A DNA stretch of 64,000 nt from the human T2T-CHM13v2.0 reference genome, Homo sapiens, in the NCBI RefSeq assembly GCF_009914755.1, contig NC_060927.1; one strand, 5' to 3'. The translations under genes were made by a program, and so were the position numbers. The notes beneath the pieces were generated by a model that made no database searches, was not told where the DNA came from, and worked only from the letters and a program-made list of their open reading frames with translations. The first letter of the stretch is position 1. Each line of letters opens with the position of its first letter. Shown piece after piece: positions 1 to 11,752 of the stretch.

Positions 1-3000
1 AAACAAAAATATAATCATCTTCATCTCATGATTAAAAAAGAAAACACGAAGCACAGTGGCTTTGCTCGATCTCTTTAATTGGATTATAAAGCTGAGATGG
101 AAATTCTTTTGCAGTGAAGTGGCCCAAACGTTATGGCCAGAACAGAATAACTCAAAGCAGAGCTTCAGGTCCACCCAGGACTTTTAATTCCTGGAAAAAT
201 GGGGTTTAATTTCTACATCGTAAATGGTTTTAACCTGCAAAACTTTTCCTACTGCTTTTTTGAAACAATTCAATTTCAGGAACAATAGAGGCTTGAACTC
301 AGCTTGGTTTTGGCCATTAATAGCTCTCATTTGGATAAATATTTTTGGAAGCTCTTTTTTTCTCTTATAAAAAATGAACTGGTGATGCATAAGCAAATAC
401 TCAAAGAAGGGTTTAATATATTGATATATTAAACACAGATAGAAACACAGGACACACTGATGGAATGTATTATGGACGTAAGCCATAAAACTGTTTTCAA
501 TTTCTTTTGGTGTTAAGATACAGCATAAGAAACTAGTCAATTTCTGGAGTCTCTTGAGGCAATTTGCATATAGAATGTTTATTGCAGGATGGCAGATGTG
601 ACTTTGAATAAGTGGAGCCAGTTCTGAATTTTGCCTCCCATCTCTGTCCAGGCTACCGGCATCTGGAGGATGTGGCCATGCTGCATTAAGAAAAATGATT
701 CAAGCGATTGAGAAACAGTATTAGGTCTTCCTCACAGAATTTATATAATTTTAATTTAAGTTGTAGCAAATTGATGTAACAATGCTGAAGGTTTCTGTGA
801 GATGAGCCCCCTGAGGAACTCTTTCAAAATCAAGAGAAATATTTGGTTTTCTTCCAGCCCCAGAAACCTTTGATTTTTTTTTTTAAAGATGGTATAACAT
901 AAATTCACTCTGTTTGTATACACTGAGATCTTTTCCCATTTTATTGTGAAAGATAGCTTACTGTGAAGCCTCATTTACAGCTAGATTCTAGGAAAGCATT
1001 TAATTATATGCCAGGGGATGAAGTGAGGGTTTATGTGGGTCAAAGAGTGACGAAGATCCTATGAAAAGCGATAAGGATCGAAAGAGGTTCATTTGTCAAA
1101 TTATAAAACCAAACAGATAATTTTCTTTGACTTCATTCTTACCTAAGAAAGATGTAGTGTGAACCAATCTTCCTGTAAACAGAACAATTGTTCTCTCTAG
1201 GGGTCCTGGGAAAGGGGAGGAGGAGTAGAGAGAGCTCCACAGGTTACAGCTCATTTCGGACTTTTCATTGCAAATGCAATGGTGGCAGTGGACGAGGTGC
1301 ACTTTGTCTTCCAGCTGCTTTCGCGGCTATGCCCTAATGCTGCACATGCCCACCAGCCTCTGCTGTGCTGGTCACTTTTCCAGCCACCCTCCATGGGTTC
1401 CTAGTGTTTCTCAAGAGCAAGTGTTACCTCCTCAGGGAGGCCTTCCATGACCTTGTCATGTAAATGAGATGTACCAGCTGTATACGCTCATGATATTTTG
1501 TGGGTGTTTCCTTTTCAGCTCCCACCACTGTCCGTAAACGCGCATTTATTTGTGTGCTTAATTGGCTTCTCTGGCCAGGCTCTACATCCCAGTCAGGGTT
1601 CACTGATGCCTTTCCAGCACCTGAAACTGGCCTGCCACAGAGAAGGTGCCAGTAAATCCTTGGGGACAAATGAGTAAGCTTCGTGGTTTTCCAAGGAAGA
1701 CTGGTCTCTATCCCCCTGCCTTGTCCAGGCAGAATTCGCCACCAGCTTGATTTCCATCTGTCTCCTTTTGACTTTCTCTTTTCCTTTCTCTGCCTTTCTT
1801 TTCTTTCCCATGTTCATTTGTAACAACTTTATTGGTTTCCTTGTTTTTTCTCCCATGTTGCTCTAGAAGAAAACAGATGGGTAGAGGATTTCAGATGAAT
1901 ACTGAATATCACATCCCCATTGATGAGATCATTTCAGAATTTTCTAAAATTATTCTTCACGGTCACATGGCCAGGGAGAAAATATGCCTGGGTTTTTGAG
2001 AGTCGGGATGCTGCTGCCTGGCTTAAATCATTATTAAAGAGACAAAGGCTCACCAGGTTAAAACTGCTGGAAAGTTTTCTCTAGCAGTAGAGTACATTCA
2101 ATAAATAGTCCTCACCTGGAGGAACGTGGGGTGAGAGCTCCTTCTTTTGTGTGTGTGTATAATTATTTGTCACTTTATCTAAATGTCATATCTCGGAGAG
2201 CTTATCTTTCTTTAGACATTTACAATAGCATCTACTATGGGACTGCCAACAGATTGCTTGGCCTGGGAGAGACTTTTTAACAGTGCAATGTTAATAGCAT
2301 GAGATTTTCCCCTCTTCCCTTTATAAAAATGTGGGCAAATGTGTCAGAAGGGCAATGCCATGCCTTGAGCATAAGAAAGGCGTTCCAGGTATTATTGCCT
2401 GTTTGCTGTGTTTGATTTTCTCCATCCTTATTCTCTGGAAAATGAAGTGCTTGTGGATTTGGCCCTTCCAGGTAAGCAATCTGATCATTGTCAGGGTTAA
2501 GCTCATCTGTTGGCTAGCATGATATTAGAAGGTGAGTTGCTGGATTCACAGAGCAAGCAAACACAGTCATAGTACCTGGAAACTAAATATCCTCTCTTCC
2601 CAGTGATGTCCATAGCTGTTTGGCTGTAGGTCAACTCTCTCCCCACCTATATCTCAGCCCGAGAAAGGCTGCCCTGGTGCAAAGCTGCAGCAAGTCTCAG
2701 CATCTCAGTGCAGGCAGGGAGGTCTGTCAGTAACCTAGCAACGTGACAACAAAATTATCCTCGTGCTGTTCAGCTTTCAAATAATGAAATGATAGTCACA
2801 ACATTTTGCATTTAAACAGCACAGTTTCCAAGGACCTTAATGTCAGTTGTGAATAGAGGAAAGAAATCACAAGAACCTGCTCCTCCAGGGCTGGCTGATT
2901 CCATTATACAGACAGGTAAGCAGAAGCAAACAGGGCACAGAGGGCCATACGACATGAGCAGAATTAGTGAGGAAGTATACAGAAAAAACTTCTAACTGCT

Positions 3001-3311
3001 AGAAAAAACTAAAGGAAAAGAGCTGTAAGCTAGCCCATTTTTTCTCATTAAACTTTACAACTCTAAAGCAGAGATTGTGTTCTTCATCTATTTTGAAAAG
3101 TACTAACCTTACTGATTGTTAAATTATAGATGAATTCAGTGGGTAGGTGGTCTATCCTACAGCCTATCTACTGAACAGGGAATTAGCTATAGGAGTCTGC
3201 AAGACATTACTAATTTTCTACGTGTGTGATTATTCCGTGATCGTTTTCTGAAAATGTAACTAATTTCTGATCCAAAGGTAGATACTGTTGTTTGTCTACT
3301 CCTTTGATAAC

Positions 3312-3881
3312 AGTGGTGGTTTTAAGAAATGATCACAAATTTTTTGATACTCTTTCCATGGAGGCATAGGGTTTTTATACTCTCTCCTGGAGTCTGGGTA
3401 GGCTTAGGACTGATTCATCCAATAGCTTATGGCTGACTCATCTAACAGAAGTGATGCTATATAGCTTCCTAGGCTGAATTATAAAAGAGGATCCACCTTC
3501 TTTCTTGTTCAATGGAACACTCATATTTGGAGCATAGGGAAGCCATATAAAAAGTCTGATTATCATGAGGCTACCTTGCTGTTTGGAAGTCCAAGCCACA
3601 CAGTGAGGGCGTGTGTGGGTGCTCCAGTTAACCATCCCAGCTGAGCTCAGCCTTTGAGTAATTCCCACTCAGGTACCAGACATGTGAATGAAAAAGCCTC
3701 CAATTATTCTGCACCCCCCTAGCCATTTTAATCTTCTGATCTGAAGCCCCAGATGTCATAAAACAGATGCCAGCCACCCTGCTATGGCCTTGCCAAATGA
3801 TCTATTAGCATAATTAAATTGTTGTTGTTTTATGCCACTTAATTTAAGGAATTTTCTTAAGCAACAATAACAACTGGGACA
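3312..3881 (+). mobile_element. MaLR solo LTR, MLT1G/MLT1F-like
   Basis: Starts 'gtggtggtttt...cacaaatttttgatactct' and ends 'tgttgttttatgccactt...gcaacaataacaactgggaca', typical MLT1 termini. Confidence 0.7.
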
Positions 3882-3899
3882 CCAACAGAACCCCAATTT

Positions 3900-4428
3900 T
3901 TCACTCTTCTCTGCAGGCTTATGTCCTGGATAAGGGGCTGTGGCCCTTTCTCAAATCCTGAGGGCGAAAGTTTATTTGTCTAAGGCAATATGGTCATTTT
4001 ATTTGCAATATGGTCATTTCATTTCTTTTGTAATGTGTTTATATTGGGTATCAACAAGTGATGCAATTCTGGCCAATAAGACGAGTGGAGAAGTTGACTG
4101 GGGCTGCTTTGGGAAAATTCCCCTTAGTCTCAATAAGATTTGTAAGATGGGATAGATTTCAGTGCTACCTTTGAATGTTATTGTTTGCATATAGTGTTTA
4201 TACCTGTGGTACCCATCTTAGGGCTGTCAGGGGAGCCACCAGTCTAGGGGACAGGTTGAAGAGAAGAATGGAGAAGCTATGTCCTTGATGATGTTCAACA
4301 CTAAGGATGCTCAATCTTGGAACTACCTCCACCTTTGAACTTCTTGCTACATAATATAATATTCTCATTGTTTAATCCTTTTTGTGGAGGGTTTAAAGAG
4401 ATTCAGCCAAAGCTTCATAACTGATCAT
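3900..4428 (+). mobile_element. Old MaLR LTR (MLT1J/K-like)
   Basis: 'ttctggccaataag...gaagttgactggggctgctttgggaaa' core and an 'agccaaagcttcataactgat' end. Confidence 0.55.
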
Positions 4429-4439
4429 AGATGTTTCAG

Positions 4440-4822
4440 AGCAAATGTTCTGGTCCCAGAGATCTAGGTTTAAATTTTGGTTCTGCCACTTATTAGCTAT
4501 GAAATTTTGAGTTGTTCTGTCTCTGTTTCTTCACCTACAAAATTAGGATAAGAATGTTTTCATTATGAAATTCTTATAAAGATAAAATAATTTATTTAGT
4601 AAGTACTTAATCAGTGCCTGCTATGTGCCAGGCATCATTCTTGGCACTGGGGGAAATGGCTTTGAATGAGACAAGCTTCCAACCCTCCTGGTGCCTAGAT
4701 TTGTGTAAGGGAGACATAAAAAATGAGTAAGTGAACAAGAGAATCTTAGATAGTACCAAGTGCTATAAAGATTAAGTGAAGTGAGGTATGCAAAATGCTT
4801 AGCATGGGCCTGGCACACAGCA
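4440..4822 (+). mobile_element. MIR interrupted by an antisense L2 3' fragment (~4595-4765)
   Basis: MIR core 'ggttctgccacttattagctatg...tttcttcacctacaaaat'; L2 'tgcctgctatgtgccaggcatcattc'; MIR resumes at 'gcaaaatgcttagcatgggcctggcacacag'. Confidence 0.6.
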
Positions 4823-4834
4823 AGCAAGCAGTAA

Positions 4835-5680
4835 TGTAACTTAGTTGGGGCTGCTATAACAAAATGCCATAGACTGAGTAGCTTAAACAAAAAAATGCAT
4901 TTATTTCCCACAGTTCTGGAGGCTGGGAAGTCCAAAATCAAGGCACTGGCAGATTTGGTGTTTGTTGAGGGCCTGCTTCCTGGTTTATGATGGCTATTTT
5001 CTTGTTGTGCCCTCACATAGAGGAAAGACAGTGAGAGAGCTCTCTGGGGTCTCTTACAGAGACACTAATCCCATCCATTAAGTCTCTACCCTCATGATCT
5101 AATCACCTCACAAAGGTCCCATCTCCTAATACTATCACATAGGAGGTTAGGATTTCAACATATGAACTTTGAGGGGACACAAATATTCAGCCCATAGCAT
5201 TCTGCCCCTAGCTCCCCAAATTCATATTCTTCTTGCATGCAAAATACATTCATTCCATCCCAACAGCTCCAAAAATCTTAACTCATTCCAAAGACAACAC
5301 TAAAGTCTAAAGTCCAAAGTCTCATCTAAATATTGTTTAAATCAGATATAGGTGAAACTCAAAGTACAATTCATCCTGAGGCAAAATTCCTCTCCAGCTT
5401 CAAACCTTTGAAACCAGACCAATTATGTGCTTCCCAAATACAATGATAGGACCAATGTAGGCTATTCCATTCTGAAAGGGAGAAATAGGACAGAACAAAG
5501 TGGTCATAGGTCCTATGTAACCTGACAGGGAAAACAACATGAAACCTTAGAGTTTGAGAATAATCCTCTCTGGCCCCATGTTCTACCCTCTGGACCCATA
5601 GGGTGGTGGTCCTGCCTCCATGGCTATCCCTCGTTGGGGTTGGGAGGGCGATCACAGGCCCCTGGCTCTCCAGGGCTTCG
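4835..5680 (-). mobile_element. MLT1A-type 3' LTR (4835-5199) plus adjoining MaLR internal sequence
   Basis: LTR 'gctgctataacaaaatgccatagactg...ggggacacaaatattcagcccatagca' followed directly by 'ttctgcccct...aaaatacattcattccatccc', the PPT end of MaLR-int. Confidence 0.8.
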
Positions 5681-6450
5681 GTCTCAAGATATAAAGGGGT
5701 CTATTATTTTTATTGTTAAAGTTAATACTATTCAAGTCATCATTATGGAAAGCGAGTGACAAAGAAGGCATGAGTGAAGTTTGACTTTGGCCTGAGGGTT
5801 GTAGAAAAATGAAGCATGTTCCCCCTGTTTCCACCCATTAGGATTAAGTAGTTGAGGCCTGTCCTCCGCAATGCACTGGTCTGAAATTTTACTGCTTAGG
5901 ATCATGGAACTGGCTCTTTCTTTGGTTCTGTTCCACCTCAAATAAGCTGGGGAGAGGTGTGTGGCTGTCATTGGGTGTGGCAAAGCCAAAGAAGGAGCTA
6001 ATTCATGATTCTAAGCATGTGAGGGCTTGGCTTGTTATGAGACTATTTTAGCCTTTGCAGCAGCAGTAGTTCTAAATATTCCAAATACCTAGAAATTGGA
6101 AAATAATGACAAAAATAACTCAGTGTGAGTTTTTGTAGGAAGGTATGAGCAAGGCATTTATAAAGTATCTTTAAATTGTAATGATGTCCAGGACAGGTTA
6201 ATGTTTGAAATGCCTTGACCCCCAGCTAAAAGTGGTAGAGAAAATTCTTTTGTCAAACGGTCCACTTCTAATCCTCATCATTGACAGAGGCTGGAACACC
6301 TTTTTTCCTTTCTTTTTTTTTTTTGCACTGTTTTATTTATTTCTCTAGTAATGTCTCCAATGACGCTTTTCAGGTTTACTTTTTTTCCCCTGATATTCTC
6401 AGCTTGTGAGTGATAAATAGTGCTTAAGAACAATTTTGATACCCACATAC

Positions 6451-6956
6451 TTCCAGCTGAGAGACTTAATTGAGGGGTTTCTTTGCCTGTGTGTTTTGAA
6501 GCGTTGCCTATGCCGTGGTGCTGGTTATGCTGAAGAATAGCTCCTTCTCACATTTCAATTCTCTGAACTGGGTTGGAATTCAGTCTGGCTGGCTTGCTAG
6601 GCAGCCCTTTATACTGGGCTGAGGTCTTGAGGCTGCTTCAAGCCCATGGACTAAAAAAACCACCAACAACAAAAATCCCCCCCCCAAAAAAACAAGTAAT
6701 GTCTGCCTGGCCCTGGCTGCCGGGCTCTTGAGAACTGCAGCTGTGTGGCCATCCTGCCATGAGTGATAGGCCATGGCTACTGAACTGTGCAAAGTCTCAC
6801 CTCCAAAACTGCACACACAACCATTTTTTTTGGTGTGTGCTGTTGATTCTGCTCACTGAGGCATTTCCTTGGAGCTCAAGATGTGCATTTTTTAAAAAGG
6901 GGATTGCCTATTCCAAGGGCTGCTTGCAGCTTTGCAAAGAAAACCTGCTGAGTCAC
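6451..6956 (-). promoter_or_regulatory. Candidate Pol II promoter and first exon (TATA, Inr, ARE/AP-1)
   Basis: Minus strand: TATAAAG at 6613-6607, Inr-like CCAGACT with +1 at 6586, donor GAA|GTATGT at 6451/6450, and GTGACTCAGCA (NRF2/AP-1 ARE) at 6956-6946, all in non-repetitive sequence. Confidence 0.4.
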
Positions 6957-7184
6957 CAGGGGTGGCCAAATACTGTGGTCAGAGCTGACATTTGATGGTG
7001 GTTTGATGGAGGAGGCCACCTGAAAGTCAATTGTTAAGGCCTTTGAGAAGGAGTGAGTGGGTTCTTCCTAAAGAGGAGTAGGTAAGTAGTTGCCTTCTGG
7101 GACTCTATCTTTCAACCCATCTTTATCACTTCCCTATTTAGGTTATCAAGAAAATAAATGGGCTAATGAATCAGAGAGATTTAA

Positions 7185-7350
7185 CCTGAATTTGCCATTT
7201 ATACTGTTTGACCTTGGACAAGTTACTTAACCTCTCTGAGTCTGCTTTTTTTCTTCTTTTTTGAAAAATGGAAATGAAATAATACTTAACTCACGAGGTT
7301 GTTGGAGGATTAGATGAGCTCACTGCATGGCACAGTGCTCAATAAATGCC
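7185..7350 (+). mobile_element. MIR SINE
   Basis: 'tgaccttggacaagttacttaacctctctgag...gaggttgttggaggattagatgag'. Confidence 0.75.
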
Positions 7351-7420
7351 TCATTTTAGTTGTCTTCTTTGAAAATGCAAGTGTCACATTAAGGATTCCC
7401 CTAGTACAATGAGTACTCCC

Positions 7421-7768
7421 TGTCTTAGTCCGTATGGGTTGCTATAACAAAGTACTATAGACTGGGTGACTTACACACAACTGAAATTTTTATCACACAG
7501 TTCTGGAGGCCAGAAATCTGAGACTGGGGCACCAGCATGGTCAGGTTCTGGTGAGGGTCCCTTTCCAGGTTGCAGACTGCTGACTTCTTGCTGTGTCCTC
7601 ACATGGTGGAAGGAGCAAGAGGTCTCTTTGGGGCCTTTTTTCTATAAGGGCACTAATCCCATTCATGAGAGCTCCATCTTCATGACCTAATCACCTTTTA
7701 AAGGCCCAACCTCCTAATACCATCAACCTGGAGGTTAGGATTTCAACATGTACATTTTAGGGAGACAT
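7421..7768 (-). mobile_element. MLT1A0-like solo LTR
   Basis: 'tgtcttagtcc...gctataacaaagtactatagactggg...cactaatcccattcatgag...ggttaggatttcaacat'. Confidence 0.8.
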
Positions 7769-8212
7769 GTAACGCTCTTTTGTCATCTAATTATCATTAG
7801 ATAATAGATGTCAATCCATTAAAACAAGGATTGACAGGAATTGGGTAGAATTCCTAATTAGGTAGAATTAGGGTCCAAGGAGAGAAACAGGATCTTGCAG
7901 GGTAATAATACCAAACTGGTAATGGTACCAAAACACTGATTTTCTCATCTTACACCTTTCCCTGGGGTCAGGCCCTTTAGAGGAAACTGCTATATATATT
8001 TAAAGAAATATATATATTTAAGAGTTCTAAGGTACATACTTTTTTTCAGTTTAAAATCTCTGAATTTATGGCATTCATAATTAAAATGTTTAAATGGTAT
8101 GTGAAATAATGCATCTTATAACTGATAGCATCTTAGTTTTCATAAATATGTAATACTTTTAATAAACAACAATAGTTTCAGGAATCTGGGGCCTTCATTG
8201 GGATTCCTTAGA

Positions 8213-8533
8213 CCTGCACTGTCTAGCCGCTGGCCACACATGTGTTATGAGCACTTGAAATGTGGCTACTTCAAATTGTGATGTGCTGCAGTGCAATATG
8301 CTCACCAGCTTCTGAAGACTTTAGTATGGGAAGAATAATGTTAATCTATCTCATTAATACTTCTTTCATTGATTACATGTTGAAATAATAATATTTTGGA
8401 TATATTGGATTAAATAAACTATATTATTAGAATTTATTTTACGTGGCTTTTAAAAAATTTTTACTTTTTTAGGGTGGCTTCTATTAATGCTTCATGTGCA
8501 GCTCACATTACGTTTCTCTTGAATGGTGCAGCC
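8213..8533. mobile_element. hAT-Charlie MITE, MER33/MER3-like
   Basis: 'ctgcactgtc...gagcacttgaaatgtggcta...gattacatgttgaaataataatattttggatatattgg'. Confidence 0.7.
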
Positions 8534-8569
8534 TTTGAACACAGATGCCAAAGATTATCTGCAGTCACT

Positions 8570-8915
8570 GTGTAGAAACTGGAAGGACTCCCACCCCAAA
8601 TTTGGTTTAGATGTCAAGGCTGATATGCTGCACACATATCAATAGTGTAAAAAAAGGTTAGTTTCTTATATAATGAGGCTTTCTGGAGAGAGCAGGATAG
8701 ATCCCAAGCAGGTCTCAAATGGCTTGAGAGCAGGGAAAGAAGACTAGCTTGGGTTTTTATGGTGATTAGGGAATGGGGCCAGGGTGAGAGTTCTGACATC
8801 TAGCAGGTGCTTGCATTGCATGAAACTCCAAGGGAGCACCTGGGCTTTCTTATCAGATTTCTCAGAAGGGGGACAGAAGGGGAAGAGGGAGGGGGAGGCT
8901 TAAAAGCTGTCAGTT
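8570..8915. mobile_element. Probable ERVL-class LTR fragment (MER76-like)
   Basis: tg start and 'ataatgaggctttctggagagagcagg...cccaagcaggtctcaaatggcttgag'; subfamily uncertain. Confidence 0.4.
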
Positions 8916-8949
8916 TTGAGGGCTGATAATAAGTAAGTCTTATATATTA

Positions 8950-9080
8950 TCTAACCCTGTGCCTTCATTTTACCCATGAGGACTCAGAAACAGAGAGGGG
9001 ATGTGACTTGCCCAAGGTCACACAGCTAGCTAGTGCAGTGCTGGTGCTGGAATCCAGGCCTCTGGAGACCAGAGATTTAC
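8950..9080 (-). mobile_element. MIR SINE
   Basis: 'cattttacccatgaggactcag...gtgacttgcccaaggtcacacagctag'. Confidence 0.75.
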
Positions 9081-10298
9081 CCTCTCTTCCATAGCACCGC
9101 ATGGAAAGCCACTGGGAAGACAAGAAGATTGTTTCTCCAGGGGCTGCTTGCCGTATTTTGTGAATCTGTTGAGAAGGAGAAAGTGCTGAAGGATGATGGT
9201 GAGGCATAGAGCAGCCACCAGGGTCTCTCTCTTGCTAGGCAGTCTTGGGTCAACTTCGCTGATATTGCTGACAAGGTGGCTCGAGAAAGTGACTTGAAAC
9301 TTAAATACTAACTCAACATAAAATGAAAAGGAAGTTAAGAGTCTGAAAAAAACACAATCCAAAAACAAAAACAAACTTGTGAGAACAGAGTGGGCATTGT
9401 GCACTCACTTCTTTTGACATTAAAGTGGCTTTGACTCGAGCCAGGAAGCTCACACACCTACATCTTGCTTCAGGATTAAAAACTTCCAAGAGAGGTTATT
9501 AGTCCAGGGACAGAAGTCCCTCATTGCAGGAGCAGAGCTTAAATGCTTTACAAAGAAAAGGAAATAAACTCATTGGAATTTGTTTTGATCCTTCCAGGAG
9601 AGTTGTTTTGAGAGTACAGTGTGCATTTTGGAAGCCCTGACTGCTTAAAAACACACTTGGGAAGGAATTGGTTTTAAAACCTGAATCTTTGCCTGGCTCT
9701 TGGCTTCTCTCAAGTGTTGGTAGTTAGCGTTTTCTGTTTATTGTACCACACAAAAATAAATCTGGATTTGTTTTGTTTTTCTGATTTTTTTCTACCCTGG
9801 AAGTAGAGCAGATTTCTCAGTGAAAATGATTTTGGATAAAGTCTCAAATAATTAATTGCTGGTTCCAGCTGACAGTCGCTGGAACACTGGAACACACTCT
9901 CTCTGCTGCCTTCCAGGAAGAACAAGGATGGAAAGAGTTCACTGAGAACCAGATAGAGCTTCCTTTACCATGGCCAACCGAGAGAATTTCATAAATACCT
10001 GCACGTAGGTTCACAATTGTCTGGTGAATGGAACACAACGGGCTTAGAAAAGTAAAAGCCATGGACAATACCCAATTATATAGATTTAGTTTTGAACTGT
10101 CTTTTATTTGGTACTGTCGTTTGAATCTGGGGGATTTTATGGTTAAAATAATACCAACATATATCAAGTACAGATTCCATGCCAAGCCTGTGTAAGGGAG
10201 TTTCACATTGGTGATATTATCTCTATTGACTCTCTTACTTACTATCTGAGGTGGGGGCGGGGGTTGTGTTTGGAGGGGAGCACTCACTACTACCTAGC

Positions 10299-11015
<717 letters not shown>

Positions 11016-11752
11016 TTAGCTTTCCTTTGATGCTCAACTTATTAACTTTTTGGATTTAATGAAACAATAAACATTTCTTTAATTATTAAATAACTAATAT
11101 TTCTCTAAATAAACACACTACTTAACAACTAATCTGCCAAAACTTAGGAGTTTGAGATGTTTCTCCCCATTTAAACGTAGATTAGCAATTTATTTAATTA
11201 AACCCCTTTCAACAGTTAATTTTCACAAGTCCGATGTATCCCATTCTGTCAAACACTCTAAACACCCTTAAGAAGGAGATAAAACACGCAGTGATTGAAG
11301 ATCTTATTCTTACGCTTACACCATGGACTTAAATGTTTTATTATTTTTATCCTACTTGTGTCCTTATTTTCACTTTTATTCTCATACCTTCTCAGAATAG
11401 CAGTAATTTTACCCGACTAACTTAGACGGCAGATTTCGGGATGCACCAGCTGATTCTTTGTCTGGACAGAGGACCTTTTGGTTTTTAAGTTCAAAATGAT
11501 TTAAACTATAGCCCTGGTTAGTGGCCCTGGCTGGTTCCACTTTTTAAAAAATTTGTTTCTTTTAGTAGTCATGAGATTTTAGGTTTTTGAGGCTTTTAGG
11601 CTTTTGATACTCGACTTTCTCACTGTCCTGAATTGTCGTTATGTCGGCTGGGTCTTTAAGTATTATTGGAAACACAGTTATACTTCCTAGTATCTCATTA
11701 TTATTAATAAGTCCACTTAGAGGATTAAGCTTGTGTAGTAAATTATCTGGGC

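Noticed and set aside
184-540. 118-aa minus-strand ORF
   Set aside because: Non-ATG start, AT-rich composition, no recognisable homology or splice context.
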